DNA from: Streptosporangiaceae bacterium
Lineage (GTDB): Bacteria; Actinomycetota; Actinomycetes; Streptosporangiales; Streptosporangiaceae
DNA length: 64,000 nucleotides
Assembly (NCBI GenBank): GCA_052143655.1
Contig: JBKQSL010000045.1
Location: forward strand, 3,793 to 67,792
Direction: 5' to 3'
In this document: positions 54,715-64,000 of the stretch, one piece after another
Position numbering within the stretch: the stretch's first letter is position 1
Layout of the letters: every line of letters starts with the position of its first letter
The notes under the pieces: generated by a model
The model's database searches: none
Told to the model about the DNA's origin: nothing
What the model saw: only the letters and a program-made list of their open reading frames with translations
Position numbers and translations under genes: made by a program

Positions 54715-55386
54715 ATGAACTCAGATAACGGCGAGGACCGAGACACGTCCGGCCAGCCGGGTCAGCCAGGAGAGCCGACCCAGCCAGGCCAGGAAGGCGC
54801 CTCCGGGCAGCCGGGCGAAGGCGCACCCGCCCAGCCGGGCGGGTTCGGGCAGCCGGGCCAGTACCCGCAATACGGCCAGCAGCCCGGCCAGGAAGGCGCG
54901 TACGGCCAGCCAGGTCAGTACGGGCAGCAGCCCGGCCAGGAGAGCCAGTACGGGCAGCCTGGCCCGTACGGGGCGCCAGGCCAGTACCCGCAGTGGGGCC
55001 AGGGCCAGCCCGGCCAGTACCCGCCGGCCGGCCAGTACCCGCCAGGCCAGCAGTACGGCCAGTACCCGCAGTACGGGCCGCAGGGGCAGTATCCGCAGCA
55101 GTACGGCCCGTACGGGCCCTACGCCTACGGGCCGCGGCAGGGCGGCACTAACGGCCTGGCCATCGCCTCGCTCATCCTGGGGCTCGCCCAGATCCTGGTG
55201 TGGTTCATCGCCGGCATCCCGGCGATCATCCTCGGCGCGATCGCGCTGCGGCAGATCCGCGAGCGGGGGCAGGCCGGCCGCGGCATGGCGATCACCGGCA
55301 TCGTCCTCGGCAGCCTGGGCCTGGTTGTACTGCTCTTGCTGATCGTCGTCGGCGTCGCCAATTCCGGCAGCTCAGCCGGGCGCTAG
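54715..55386 (+). CDS. DUF4190 membrane protein with Q/G/P/Y-rich N-terminal low-complexity region
   Basis: ([10 protein letters not shown])-type repeats, then [36 protein letters not shown]. Confidence 0.7.
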   Translation: MNSDNGEDRDTSGQPGQPGEPTQPGQEGASGQPGEGAPAQPGGFGQPGQYPQYGQQPGQEGAYGQPGQYGQQPGQESQYGQPGPYGAPGQYPQWGQGQPGQYPPAGQYPPGQQYGQYPQYGPQGQYPQQYGPYGPYAYGPRQGGTNGLAIASLILGLAQILVWFIAGIPAIILGAIALRQIRERGQAGRGMAITGIVLGSLGLVVLLLLIVVGVANSGSSAGR

Positions 55387-57299
55387 CGGCGCTTGTCACC
55401 GGCCTGATCGGCCGACAGCGCCGCCACGAACGCCTCCTGCGGCACCTCCACCCGGCCGATGACCTTCATCCGCCGCTTGCCCTCTTTCTGCTTCTCCAGC
55501 AGCTTGCGCTTGCGGGTGATGTCGCCGCCGTAGCACTTGGCCAGCACGTCCTTGCGCAGCGCCCGGATATTCTCCCGGGCGATGATCCGGGCGCCGATCG
55601 CCGCCTGGATCGGTACCTCGAACTGCTGACGCGGGATGAGTTCCTTCAGCCGCGCGGCCATCGACAGGCCGTAGTCGCGTGCCTTGTCGGTGTGCACGAT
55701 CTGGCTGAACGCGTCGACCGGCTGTCCCTGCAGCAGGATGTCGACCTTGACCAGGTCGGCCTCCTGCTCCCCGGCGGGCTCGTAGTCCAGCGAGGCGTAG
55801 CCGCGGGTGCGTGACTTCAGCTGGTCGAAAAAGTCGAAGATGATCTCCCCGAGCGGCATCGTGTAGCGGATCTCCACCCGCTCCGACGACAGGTAGTCCA
55901 TGCCCAGCAGGACGCCGCGGCGGCCCTGGCACAGCTCCATGATCGCGCCGATGTGCTCACTGGGAGCGAGCACAGTGGCCCGCACGACCGGCTCGAAGAT
56001 ATGCGCGATCTTGCCGTCGGGAAACTCGCTGGGGTTGGTGACGACGATCTCGCGGCCGGACTCGAGGACCACCCGGTACACGACGTTCGGCGCGGTGGAG
56101 ATCAGCGAGAGGTCGAACTCCCGCTCCAGCCGCTCCCGGACGATCTCCATGTGCAGCAGGCCGAGGAACCCGCAGCGGAAGCCGAACCCTAGCGCCGTGG
56201 AGGTCTCCGGCTCGTAGACCAGGGACGCGTCGTTCAGCTGGAGCTTGTCCAGCGCATCGCGCAGCTCGGGGTAGTCATCACCGTCCAGCGGGTACAGGCC
56301 GGAGAACACCATGGGCCTGGGGTGGGCGTACCCGGGCAGCGGTTCGGTGGCCGGGCGGGCCGTGGTCGTCACGGTGTCCCCGACCCGGGCCTGCCGGACA
56401 TTCTTGACTCCAGTGATCAGATAGCCGACCTCGCCGGCGGCCAGGCCGTCAGACGGCACCGGATCCGGCGAGATGACGCCGACCTCCAGCGTCTCGTGCA
56501 CCGACTTGGTGGACAGCATCAGGATCTTCTCCCGGCGGGACAGCCGTCCGTCCATGACCCGCACGTAGGTGACCACGCCGCGGTAGGTGTCATACACCGA
56601 GTCGAAGATCAGCGCCCGGGCCGGCGCGTCCGGATCGCCGCTGGGCGGGGGCACCTGCGCGACGATCTGGTGCAGCAGGTCGGTGACGCCCTCGCCGGTC
56701 TTCGCCGAGACCCGCAGCACGTCCGACGGGTCGCAGCCGATGATCCCGGCCAGCTCGGCGGCGCAGGCATCCGGCTGGGCGGCCGGCAGGTCGATCTTGT
56801 TGAGCACCGGGATGATCTGCAGGTCGGCGCCGAGCGCCAGGTACAGGTTCGCCAGCGTCTGCGCCTCGATGCCCTGGGCCGAGTCAACCAGCAGCACCGC
56901 GCCCTCGCACGCGGCCAGCGACCGGGACACCTCGTAGGTGAAGTCCACGTGACCGGGCGTGTCGATCAGGTTCAGCACGTACTGGGTGCCGTCTTCGCCG
57001 CGCCAGGGCAGCCGCACGGCCTGGCTCTTGATCGTGATGCCGCGCTCGCGCTCGATGTCCATCCGGTCCAGGTACTGCGCGCGCATCTGGCGGTCGTTCA
57101 CCACCCCGGTGAGCTGGAGCATGCGGTCAGCGAGCGTGGACTTGCCGTGGTCGATGTGCGCGATGATGCAGAAGTTGCGCAGCACCGACTGATCGGTGCG
57201 CGACGGCACGGGAGCCGCGGCCTCGCCGGCCGGCCGCACGGCGGCCGGCGGGGTGGCAGCCGGCGGCACGGGTGCCGCCGGCCCGGGCGTGGGTGGCAC
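55383..57299 (-). CDS. lepA: Translation elongation factor 4
   Basis: [30 protein letters not shown]. Confidence 0.97.
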   Translation of the reverse strand: MPPTPGPAAPVPPAATPPAAVRPAGEAAAPVPSRTDQSVLRNFCIIAHIDHGKSTLADRMLQLTGVVNDRQMRAQYLDRMDIERERGITIKSQAVRLPWRGEDGTQYVLNLIDTPGHVDFTYEVSRSLAACEGAVLLVDSAQGIEAQTLANLYLALGADLQIIPVLNKIDLPAAQPDACAAELAGIIGCDPSDVLRVSAKTGEGVTDLLHQIVAQVPPPSGDPDAPARALIFDSVYDTYRGVVTYVRVMDGRLSRREKILMLSTKSVHETLEVGVISPDPVPSDGLAAGEVGYLITGVKNVRQARVGDTVTTTARPATEPLPGYAHPRPMVFSGLYPLDGDDYPELRDALDKLQLNDASLVYEPETSTALGFGFRCGFLGLLHMEIVRERLEREFDLSLISTAPNVVYRVVLESGREIVVTNPSEFPDGKIAHIFEPVVRATVLAPSEHIGAIMELCQGRRGVLLGMDYLSSERVEIRYTMPLGEIIFDFFDQLKSRTRGYASLDYEPAGEQEADLVKVDILLQGQPVDAFSQIVHTDKARDYGLSMAARLKELIPRQQFEVPIQAAIGARIIARENIRALRKDVLAKCYGGDITRKRKLLEKQKEGKRRMKVIGRVEVPQEAFVAALSADQAGDKRR

Positions 57300-57567
57300 A
57301 GAATCCGCCAGGTAGTCGTCGGGTCAAGCCGGTCTGGGATCCGCGGGCGGCCGGGCGCCGGCCAGCCACTGTCAGCCGCGGACCCGGCCAGGCCGGGCAG
57401 CGCTGCCCGCTGCGGCAGGGCACTCCGGCGCGCGCGCAGATCACTGTCGCCGTCTATCGTCGCATGCCGGGGCTGGTGCCCACGCCAGCCGGGCGGCCGT
57501 CAGGGAGGCCGGCCGCCGTGATCCGGTCCGCGGTGGCCCTGTGCCGGACCGTGTTTTCTGCGAGAGT

Positions 57568-57597
57568 TTGAGCGGCTGGCACGATCTCGGATATCCT
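57568..57597 (+). promoter_or_regulatory. Possible sigma-70 promoter of rpsT (-35 TTGAGC, 18-nt spacer, -10 TATCCT)
   Basis: ttgagc 57568-57573; tatcct 57592-57597; ~110 nt upstream of the rpsT GTG. Confidence 0.3.
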
Positions 57598-57710
57598 TTG
57601 GCGTCGGCTGCCTGCATGCCCGCATAGTTCCGGGTGCGCCCCTGCGGCCTGCGCCCGTGGCCGGGCACGACCCTGACTGACCCTGACAGACTTAGAGCGA
57701 GGCATTTCGC

Positions 57711-57983
57711 GTGGCGAACATCAAGTCCCAGATCAAGCGCAACAAGCAGAACGAGGCCGCGCACCAGCGGAACAAGGCCGTCAAGTCCGCGCTGAAGACC
57801 CACGTCCGCCGGTTCCGCGAGGCCGCCGAGACCGGTGACGTCGAGGCTGCGACCGCGGCGATGCGGGCGGCCTCGGTCAAGCTCGACAAGGCCGTGAGCA
57901 AGGGCGTCATCCACCGCAACCAGGCCGCGAACCGCAAGTCGGCCATCGCCCGGCGCCTGGAGCAGGTCAAGAAGGCCAGCTGA
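57711..57983 (+). CDS. rpsT: 30S ribosomal protein S20
   Basis: (V)[29 protein letters not shown]. Confidence 0.95.
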   Translation: MANIKSQIKRNKQNEAAHQRNKAVKSALKTHVRRFREAAETGDVEAATAAMRAASVKLDKAVSKGVIHRNQAANRKSAIARRLEQVKKAS

Positions 57984-57994
57984 GCCAGCTCGGT

Positions 57995-58083
57995 CATGCC
58001 CGCGCCCGGAGGCGCCGGCCAGGCTCAGCCGGCATGCCCGCGCCCGGAGGCGCCGGCCAGGCTCAGCCGGCCAGGCTCAGCCG
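57995..58083. repeat. 38-bp tandem duplication x2 plus a 13-bp partial third copy between rpsT and holA
   Basis: catgcccgcgcccggaggcgccggccaggctcagccgg at 57995-58032 and 58033-58070; ccaggctcagccg 58071-58083. Confidence 0.9.
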
Positions 58084-59099
58084 CGCGACCGGCAGGCGAC
58101 GATCGTAGTGATGGCCCGCTCCAGCGCATAAGCGGCGCTGGCACCCTCGCCCTTGACCTGGGCGTCGGCGGTGGTGACGGCGCTGTGCGCCCGGGCCACG
58201 CCCTCCGGGGTCCAGCCGCGCAGCTGCTGGCGGACCCGGTCGATCTTCCATGGCGGCATCCCGAGCTCGGCGGCCAGCGCATCAGCGCCCCGGCCGCGCG
58301 AGGCGCTGCCCACCCGGCCCAGGGCCCGGACTCCCTGCGCGAGGGCGCTGCTGATCAGCACCGGCGAGGTGCCCACGGCCAGCGCCCAGCGCAGCTGCTC
58401 CAGGGAGTCGGCGAGCTTCCCCTCGAACGCCCGGTCCGCGACAGTGAAGCCGCTGGCCTCGGCCCGTCCCCGGTAATAGCGGCCGACGACATCCCCGGTG
58501 ATCACCCCGGTAGTGTCTGCCGATAGCTGGCTGCACGCCGCCGCCAGGTCCCGCAGGTCCGTGCCGACCGCATCCAGCAAGGCGCGCAGGCCGCTCTCGT
58601 CGGCCTTTCGCCCGGACCGGCGGAACTCGCCGCGCAGGAAGTCCAGCCGCTCACCGAACCGGCGGATGGCCGGGCAGTCGACCCGGCTGGCCCCGCCGGA
58701 GACCAGCGCGGTCAGCAGGGCCTTTCCCTTCGCGCCGCCCGCATGGGCAACGGCCAGCACAACATCGGGCGCGGGGCTGGCCGGGTAGCGGATGATCTCC
58801 GCCGCGACGTCCTTGGACGCGTCCTGGGCCGCCCGGACGATCACTACGCAGCCGCCGCCGAACAGCGACGGCGCGGTCAGCGAGGCCAGCTCGCCCGCGG
58901 TCAGGTCGGCGGCCCGGACGTCGTGCACGTCCGGGCCGCTGCCATCAAGGCCGGGACCGCCCCGGGTGGCGCCCGAGGCGGCCAGTATCGCGCCGATCGC
59001 CCGCTCGATCAGGAACTCCTCGTCGCCGACGAGGACGGTAACCGGGGCGGCGGCCGACCGGGCGGCAGATTCTGCGGCGCGGGACCGGGCTGGGGACAT
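58077..59099 (-). CDS. holA: DNA polymerase III delta subunit
   Basis: MSPARS...VTVLVGDEEFLIERAIG...; length and position next to rpsT fit holA. Start ATG 59099. Confidence 0.8.
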   Translation of the reverse strand: MSPARSRAAESAARSAAAPVTVLVGDEEFLIERAIGAILAASGATRGGPGLDGSGPDVHDVRAADLTAGELASLTAPSLFGGGCVVIVRAAQDASKDVAAEIIRYPASPAPDVVLAVAHAGGAKGKALLTALVSGGASRVDCPAIRRFGERLDFLRGEFRRSGRKADESGLRALLDAVGTDLRDLAAACSQLSADTTGVITGDVVGRYYRGRAEASGFTVADRAFEGKLADSLEQLRWALAVGTSPVLISSALAQGVRALGRVGSASRGRGADALAAELGMPPWKIDRVRQQLRGWTPEGVARAHSAVTTADAQVKGEGASAAYALERAITTIVACRSRG

Positions 59100-59160
59100 G
59101 ACCGCAGCATGCCACGAACCAGTGGCTGGATGCGCCGGACCGGCGCGGCCAGGTAGCGGG

Positions 59161-60390
59161 CTAACCGGTTGCGACCGGCTCGCCGCCCTGCCAGACCCGC
59201 AGCGGCTTGAGCCCGTACGCCCAGGCGAAGGCACCCTCGTGATCGGCGTCCCAGGCCACGATGTCGGCCAGCCGGCCGCGGGTCATCGCGCCGCGGTCGG
59301 GCGCCCGCAGCGCGTGCGCGCCGCCGATCGTCGCGGCCCGCAGTGCCTCGGCGACGCTCATCCCGTAGTTCGCCACGGCGAGCGTGATGATCAGCGGCAT
59401 CGAGGTGATCCCGTTGCCGCCGGGCGAGTGGTCGGAGCCGAGAGCCACGGCGACGCCCTTGTCGAGCAGCGCCCGGACCGGCGGGTGGCCGCCGGAGTCG
59501 TCGGCAGTGGCCGGGCAGACCACGGCGGCCACGCCCGACTGGGCCAGCGCGGCGACGTCCTCATCTTCGGCCCCGTGCAGCAGGTCCGCTGATGCGCAGC
59601 CCACCTCGGCAGCCAGCCGCGCGGCACCGACCCGGGTGTCACCGCAGGCGTGCAGCCGCGGCAGCAGCCCGGCGGAACGGCCCGCCGCGAGCACCCACCG
59701 CGCCTCGTGGTCGGTGAAGCGGCCATCGTCGCAGTAGACGTCCACGCTGTCGGCGCCGGCCGTGGCCGCGTCGGCGCACCAGGAGCCGACCGCATCGACG
59801 TAGTCGTGACGACGGCCGAAGTACTCCGGCGGCACCGCGTGCGCGGCGAGGAAGGTCACGTGTACCCGGGGCATCCCGGCCTCGGCCTCCAGCGAGCGCA
59901 GCAGCCGCACGTCCGCCAGCTCGCCGTCCCGGGTGAGGTGGTAGCCGGTCTTGGCCTCGATGGTGGTAGTCCCGTTCAGCACCCAGCGGCGCAGCCGCTC
60001 GCGGACCCCGTTGCACAAGGTCCACGGGTCGGTGCCGCGGGTGACCGTGACGGTGGACGCCAGGCCGCCGCCGGCGGCGGCGATCTCCGCGGAGGACGAC
60101 CCGCTGGAGCGCATCGCCAGCTCGGCCCACCGGTTGCCCGCGTAGACAGGGTGGGTGTGGGCGTCGATCAGGCCGGGTGTCACCAGGCCGCCGGCCAGGT
60201 TGTCCACGTGGTCCACGTCGACGATGTCGTCGATGACGCCGGGGATGCTGGCTGGCAGCTCGGCCGACGGGCCGACCCAGGCAATGCGGTCGTTGTGACA
60301 CAAGATGGCCGCGTTGCTCCACACCTCAGAGCCGGTCCAGAGCCGGCCGATGTTGGTCAGAAGCCGAACGGTCACCTTGCTGATCTCCAT
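59161..60390 (-). CDS. Amidohydrolase, imidazolonepropionase (HutI)-like
   Basis: GLIDAHTHPVYAGNRW, GTTTIEAKTGY, TFLAAHAVPPE, LGSDHSPG. Confidence 0.75.
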   Translation of the reverse strand: MEISKVTVRLLTNIGRLWTGSEVWSNAAILCHNDRIAWVGPSAELPASIPGVIDDIVDVDHVDNLAGGLVTPGLIDAHTHPVYAGNRWAELAMRSSGSSSAEIAAAGGGLASTVTVTRGTDPWTLCNGVRERLRRWVLNGTTTIEAKTGYHLTRDGELADVRLLRSLEAEAGMPRVHVTFLAAHAVPPEYFGRRHDYVDAVGSWCADAATAGADSVDVYCDDGRFTDHEARWVLAAGRSAGLLPRLHACGDTRVGAARLAAEVGCASADLLHGAEDEDVAALAQSGVAAVVCPATADDSGGHPPVRALLDKGVAVALGSDHSPGGNGITSMPLIITLAVANYGMSVAEALRAATIGGAHALRAPDRGAMTRGRLADIVAWDADHEGAFAWAYGLKPLRVWQGGEPVATG

Positions 60391-61253
60391 TTACTGCGGC
60401 GGTCGCCGCCGCGCACGTCCGTCAGGCGCGAGGATTCCGGTGGCAACAGCGGTCACCTGCCCTGGCTCGAGCCTGCTCGTTCCGCATCGGCAAAGATCCT
60501 GGGAAGCGTCCGGTGGAAGGAGATGCGCACGGGAACTCTGCGATGCGGAACTAACATATCGGTCAGCCGCGCTATTGCACCAGTGATCCGGCTAAAGAAG
60601 GTATGTGAACTTCGGCCATGATCAATGACGGCAGTCTATCGCGATAGCTGTTGCTTTCCGTAACGCCGACGCGGAGTTTCGCGCTCCGTAAGGGCGGTCG
60701 GCGGCGGCGTTCCGCGGCACGGCCAGCCGGGCGGCCAGCCCGGTAGGCCAGCCGGCCCCAGACGGGGCTGGTCGCGGGGCCGCGGCCAGGCCGCCACGGC
60801 GGGCTAGCCAGGCCGCGGTGACCAGCGGCAAGGCAAGATGATGCCAGGCGCAGAGCCGGAATCCGTCGGCTAGCGGCGCCGGCACCGGGCCACGCTGGCC
60901 AGCCGGCGCCGCCGGGCGCCACGGCCAGCCTGCCAGTGCCGGGCCGCGGGACCGGCAGCGCGGCGCGAACGCGGCTCGGCGACTGGCGGACCAGCAAGTA
61001 CGGGCAGGTGGCGCGGCCAGTCAGCGCGGCCAGCCCACCCAGCCGGGCGGCAGGACGGCATGCCGCCTTGGCCCGCCCGGCACGGGTTCCAGGGCGGTGG
61101 CCGCGCCGCGGAACCCTATATGCGAATCACAGATTGCGCCGCACGGTGCAATGTGCGATTCGCGCCCAGGCGGATTTATTACCGGAATAGCAACTTTGCA
61201 ATCGTATGCAACTGATGCCTTTCCGGTTTCCGGGCCGGTAATGCAATCGTGTG

Positions 61254-61283
61254 CGGATTTCCCCGGGCGCCGCCGGAAATCCG
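61254..61283 (-). terminator. Stem-loop abutting the hflX stop codon (9-bp stem, 12-nt loop, no U-tract)
   Basis: cggatttcc 61254-61262 pairs with ggaaatccg 61275-61283. Confidence 0.35.
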
Positions 61284-62801
61284 TCACGCAAGTGCCTGGG
61301 CCGCCGCCGGAGCCGGCAGCTGGCCGAGCTCGGCGGCCAACGCCGGCCGGACCCGGGCGGTCAGCAGCGTGCCGTCCGGGCCGTGCTCCAGGCTGAGGAC
61401 CTCGCCCTCGGAGTGCGCCCGCGACAGCAGGTCCCCGCGGCCGTAGGGCACCACCACCGTGACCTCCCGCTCGCGCCGCGGCAGCAGCCGCTCGATGGCG
61501 TCGAGCAGGTCGCTGGTCCCCTGGCCGGTGCGCGCCGAGACCGCGACGGCGTTGCGCTCGGCCAGCAGCAGGCCGTCGACCTTGACCGGGTCGGCGCAGT
61601 CCGCCTTGTTGATCACCACGAACTGGGGAACCTCAGCCGCTCCGATCTGCCCGAGGACCTCCCGCACCGCGGTGAGCTGGGCGCGCGGGTCGGCATCCGA
61701 GCCGTCGACGACGTGCAGGATCAGGTCGGCCTCGGCGACCTCCTCCAGCGTCGACCGGAACGCGTCGACCAGCTGGTGCGGCAGGTGCCGGACGAAGCCG
61801 ACCGTGTCGGTCAGCGTGAACGGCAGGCCCGACGGCGTGCGCGCCCGGCGCACCGCCGGGTCGAGCGTGGCGAACAGCGAGTCGTCGACCAGCAGGCTCG
61901 CGCCGGTCAGCCGGTTCAGCAGGCTGGACTTCCCGGCGTTGGTGTAGCCGGCGATCGCCACCGACGGCACCTCCCGGCGCCGCCGCCGGGAGCGCTGGAC
62001 CTCGCGGCCGACAGACATCTCCGCGATCTCCCGGTGCAGCTTGGTCACCCGGGCCCGGATCCGCCGCCGGTCAGTCTCGATCTTGGTCTCGCCGGGACCG
62101 CGGGTGCCGATCCCGCCGCCGCCGGACACCCGGCCGCCGGCCTGCCGGGACAGTGACTCGCCCCAGCCGCGCAGCCGCGGCAGCAGGTACTGCAGCTGGG
62201 CCAGCTCGACCTGGGCCTTGCCCTCCTTGCTGCGGGCGTGCTGGGCGAAGATGTCGAGGATCAGCGCCGTCCGGTCGATGACCTTGACCCGGACGATGCC
62301 CTCCAGCCGGCGCAGCTGGCCGGGAGCGAGCTCGCCGTCGCAGATCACCGTGTCCGCACCGGAGGAGGCCACCAGGTCCGCCAGCTCGGCGGCCTTGCCC
62401 GGGCCCACGTAAGTGGCGGCATCGGGGCGGCCGCGGCGCTGGATCAGGCCGTCCAGCACCTGCGAGCCGGCCGTCTCGGCCAGCCGGGACAGCTCGCGCA
62501 GCGAGTTCTCGGCCGCGGCCTGCGTGCCGTCGGTCCACACGCCCATGAGCACCACCCGCTCCAGCCGCAGCGCCCGGTACTCAACCTCGCTGACGTCCTG
62601 AAGCTCGGTAGACAGCCCCGCTACCCGGCTCAGTGCATGCCGGTCCTGCAGATCGAGCTGCCCGCTGTCGTCTGTCTCCGGCCGCTCGCCGGCGGCCATG
62701 CCTGCGGCATCAGCCTCGCGCCCGGGCGCGTCCGGATGAGCCCGCTGGCTCCGCTCATCCTGGCTGTCGTGCGGAAGTCTGTCGTGCGGAAGTGCAGTCA
62801 T
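61284..62801 (-). CDS. hflX: GTPase HflX
   Basis: VAIAGYTNAGKSSLLNRLTGA, DTVGF, NKAD. Confidence 0.95.
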   Translation of the reverse strand: MTALPHDRLPHDSQDERSQRAHPDAPGREADAAGMAAGERPETDDSGQLDLQDRHALSRVAGLSTELQDVSEVEYRALRLERVVLMGVWTDGTQAAAENSLRELSRLAETAGSQVLDGLIQRRGRPDAATYVGPGKAAELADLVASSGADTVICDGELAPGQLRRLEGIVRVKVIDRTALILDIFAQHARSKEGKAQVELAQLQYLLPRLRGWGESLSRQAGGRVSGGGGIGTRGPGETKIETDRRRIRARVTKLHREIAEMSVGREVQRSRRRRREVPSVAIAGYTNAGKSSLLNRLTGASLLVDDSLFATLDPAVRRARTPSGLPFTLTDTVGFVRHLPHQLVDAFRSTLEEVAEADLILHVVDGSDADPRAQLTAVREVLGQIGAAEVPQFVVINKADCADPVKVDGLLLAERNAVAVSARTGQGTSDLLDAIERLLPRREREVTVVVPYGRGDLLSRAHSEGEVLSLEHGPDGTLLTARVRPALAAELGQLPAPAAAQALA

Positions 62802-62952
62802 TCGCCATCCAAGGCGGCCACAGGGGCCGCCGTCTGCGTCAGTAGCCGCCTGCCGGCTGGCAGACGGTCTGTCGATAGTGCCATGGCCTGGTCACCATCG
62901 ACATCTCATTAACAACCGCGGCGCCCGGGATGTGCCCGGGTGGCGCTGCGTA

Positions 62953-63024
62953 CCGCGGGCCGCCTGCCGCGGGCCGCCTGCCGCGGGCCGCCTGCTGACG
63001 GGTGCTGACGGGTGCTGACGGCTG
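62953..63024. repeat. Two adjacent tandem arrays: 14-bp x3 (ccgcgggccgcctg) then 10-bp x3 (ctgacgggtg, last copy ctgacggctg) in the hflX/aceB divergent intergenic region
   Basis: 62953-62966, 62967-62980, 62981-62994; 62995-63004, 63005-63014, 63015-63024. Confidence 0.9.
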
Positions 63025-63187
63025 CTGCTGGGGGACCGGGGCGGCAGCAGGTCCGGCCAGCTCCGGCCCCGCCGGGTGAGCGGCCGGTTTCCCGGCGTCT
63101 GCCCGGGACCTTTGGCGTCTGGCGCAGTGGATGCGCTGCCTGGCAGGCTGGTGCTCTAACGCGGCTGGCGCACAAGGAGTGAGGTTC

Positions 63188-64000
63188 GTGGACGAGATCG
63201 AGGGCGTGCAGGTCACTGGTCCGATGCGGGAGCGGTACGAGGAGATACTGACCCCGCAGGCGCTTGAGCTGATCGCCGCCCTGCAGCGCGAACTCGGGCC
63301 GCGCCGGGCCGAGCTGCTTGCTGCCCGGGCCCGCCGCCAGGACGAGCTGTCCGCCGGGGGGACGCTCGACTTCCTCGACCAGACCGAGCACATCCGGTCC
63401 GACCGCAGCTGGCGGGTGTCGCCGCCGGCGCCAGGCCTGGAGGACCGCCGGGTGGAGATCACCGGGCCGACGGACGCGAAGATGACGATCAACGCGCTGA
63501 ACTCTGGCGCCAAGGTCTGGCTGGCCGACTTCGAGGACGCCAATACCCCGCTGTGGGACAACATGATCACCGGCCAGCTGAACCTCAGGGACGCGCTGGA
63601 CCGCAACCTCAGCTTCACCAGCGAGGACGGCAAGTCCTACGAGCTGGCGCCGGATTCGGAGCTGGCCACGATCGTGGTCCGGCCGCGCGGCTGGCACCTG
63701 TCGGAGAAGCATGTGCTGGTGGACGGCGAGCGGGTGTCGGGCAGCCTGTTCGACTTCGCGCTGTACTTCTTCCACTGCGCGCAGCGCCAGCTGGACAAGG
63801 GCAGGGGCCCGTACTTCTACCTGGCCAAGTTGGAAAGCCACCTGGAGGCGCGGCTGTGGAACGACGCCTTCAACCTCGCCCAGGACCGGCTCGGCATCCC
63901 GCGCGGGACGATCCGGGCCACGGTGCTGATCGAGACGATCCCGGCGGCGTTCGAGATGGAGGAGATCCTCTATGAACTGCGCGACCACAGCGCGGGGCTG
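63188..64000 (+). CDS. aceB: Malate synthase A, 5' part (runs off window end)
   Basis: SD aaggag 8 nt before GTG 63188. [27 protein letters not shown]...[39 protein letters not shown]; open to position 64000. Confidence 0.9.
   Translation, partial: MDEIEGVQVTGPMRERYEEILTPQALELIAALQRELGPRRAELLAARARRQDELSAGGTLDFLDQTEHIRSDRSWRVSPPAPGLEDRRVEITGPTDAKMTINALNSGAKVWLADFEDANTPLWDNMITGQLNLRDALDRNLSFTSEDGKSYELAPDSELATIVVRPRGWHLSEKHVLVDGERVSGSLFDFALYFFHCAQRQLDKGRGPYFYLAKLESHLEARLWNDAFNLAQDRLGIPRGTIRATVLIETIPAAFEMEEILYELRDHSAGL

Noticed and set aside
60572-61061. Minus-strand ORFs 60572..60997, 60622..60885 and 60870..61061 as genes
   Set aside because: They overlap in three frames, have Arg/Pro/Ala/Gly-dominated composition, no SD and no motif. 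They are treated as non-coding or decayed sequence.
40811-63024. CRISPR array among the short tandem repeats
   Set aside because: All arrays are head-to-tail with no spacers, have units of 6-38 bp and at most 6 copies, and no cas genes are present.

Overview
High-GC actinobacterial (Actinomycetota-type) chromosome segment in two parts. (1) Positions ~1-13,089 are a lower-GC accessory island ending at the 3' end of a tRNA-Asn(GTT) gene (13090-13165, minus). It carries an excisionase/AlpA-type HTH gene, a 792-aa PrimPol + DUF3987-like replicase and two opposed iteron arrays around an AT-rich core directly 3' of that replicase (candidate ori). It also holds a nuclease-rich cargo arm (HEPN-like Rx4H protein, GIY-YIG, membrane protein + HNH operon, SHOCT remnant), a block of membrane/secreted orphan genes and long ORF-less AT-rich stretches. 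No integrase, transfer or capsid genes and no second att copy are visible, so the left end is outside the window or decayed. This P4/PICI-satellite-like island and its cargo is my best candidate for an undescribed system. (2) Positions 13.1-64 kb are conserved housekeeping core, mostly on the minus strand: sigma-70, dnaG, dgt, ppdK, glyQS, uppS, recO, era, phoH-ybeY-CBS, HIT, ECF sigma/anti-sigma, rsmE, dnaJ, hrcA (with CIRCE), hemW, lepA, rpsT, holA, hflX and the 5' part of aceB. Unexplained structure in the core includes a dispersed family of ~55-70 bp imperfect-palindromic elements sitting 3' of genes, with two copies bracketing an AbiEi/DUF559 gene. There are also many perfect short tandem duplications (6, 10, 14, 15, 22, 38 bp units, typically x2-x3) at gene boundaries, an ~890 bp ORF-less interval upstream of hflX's 3' end, and at least four single-nucleotide frameshifts that could be pseudogenes or assembly indels. 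All calls come from reading the sequence and ORF translations by eye; no database search was run.
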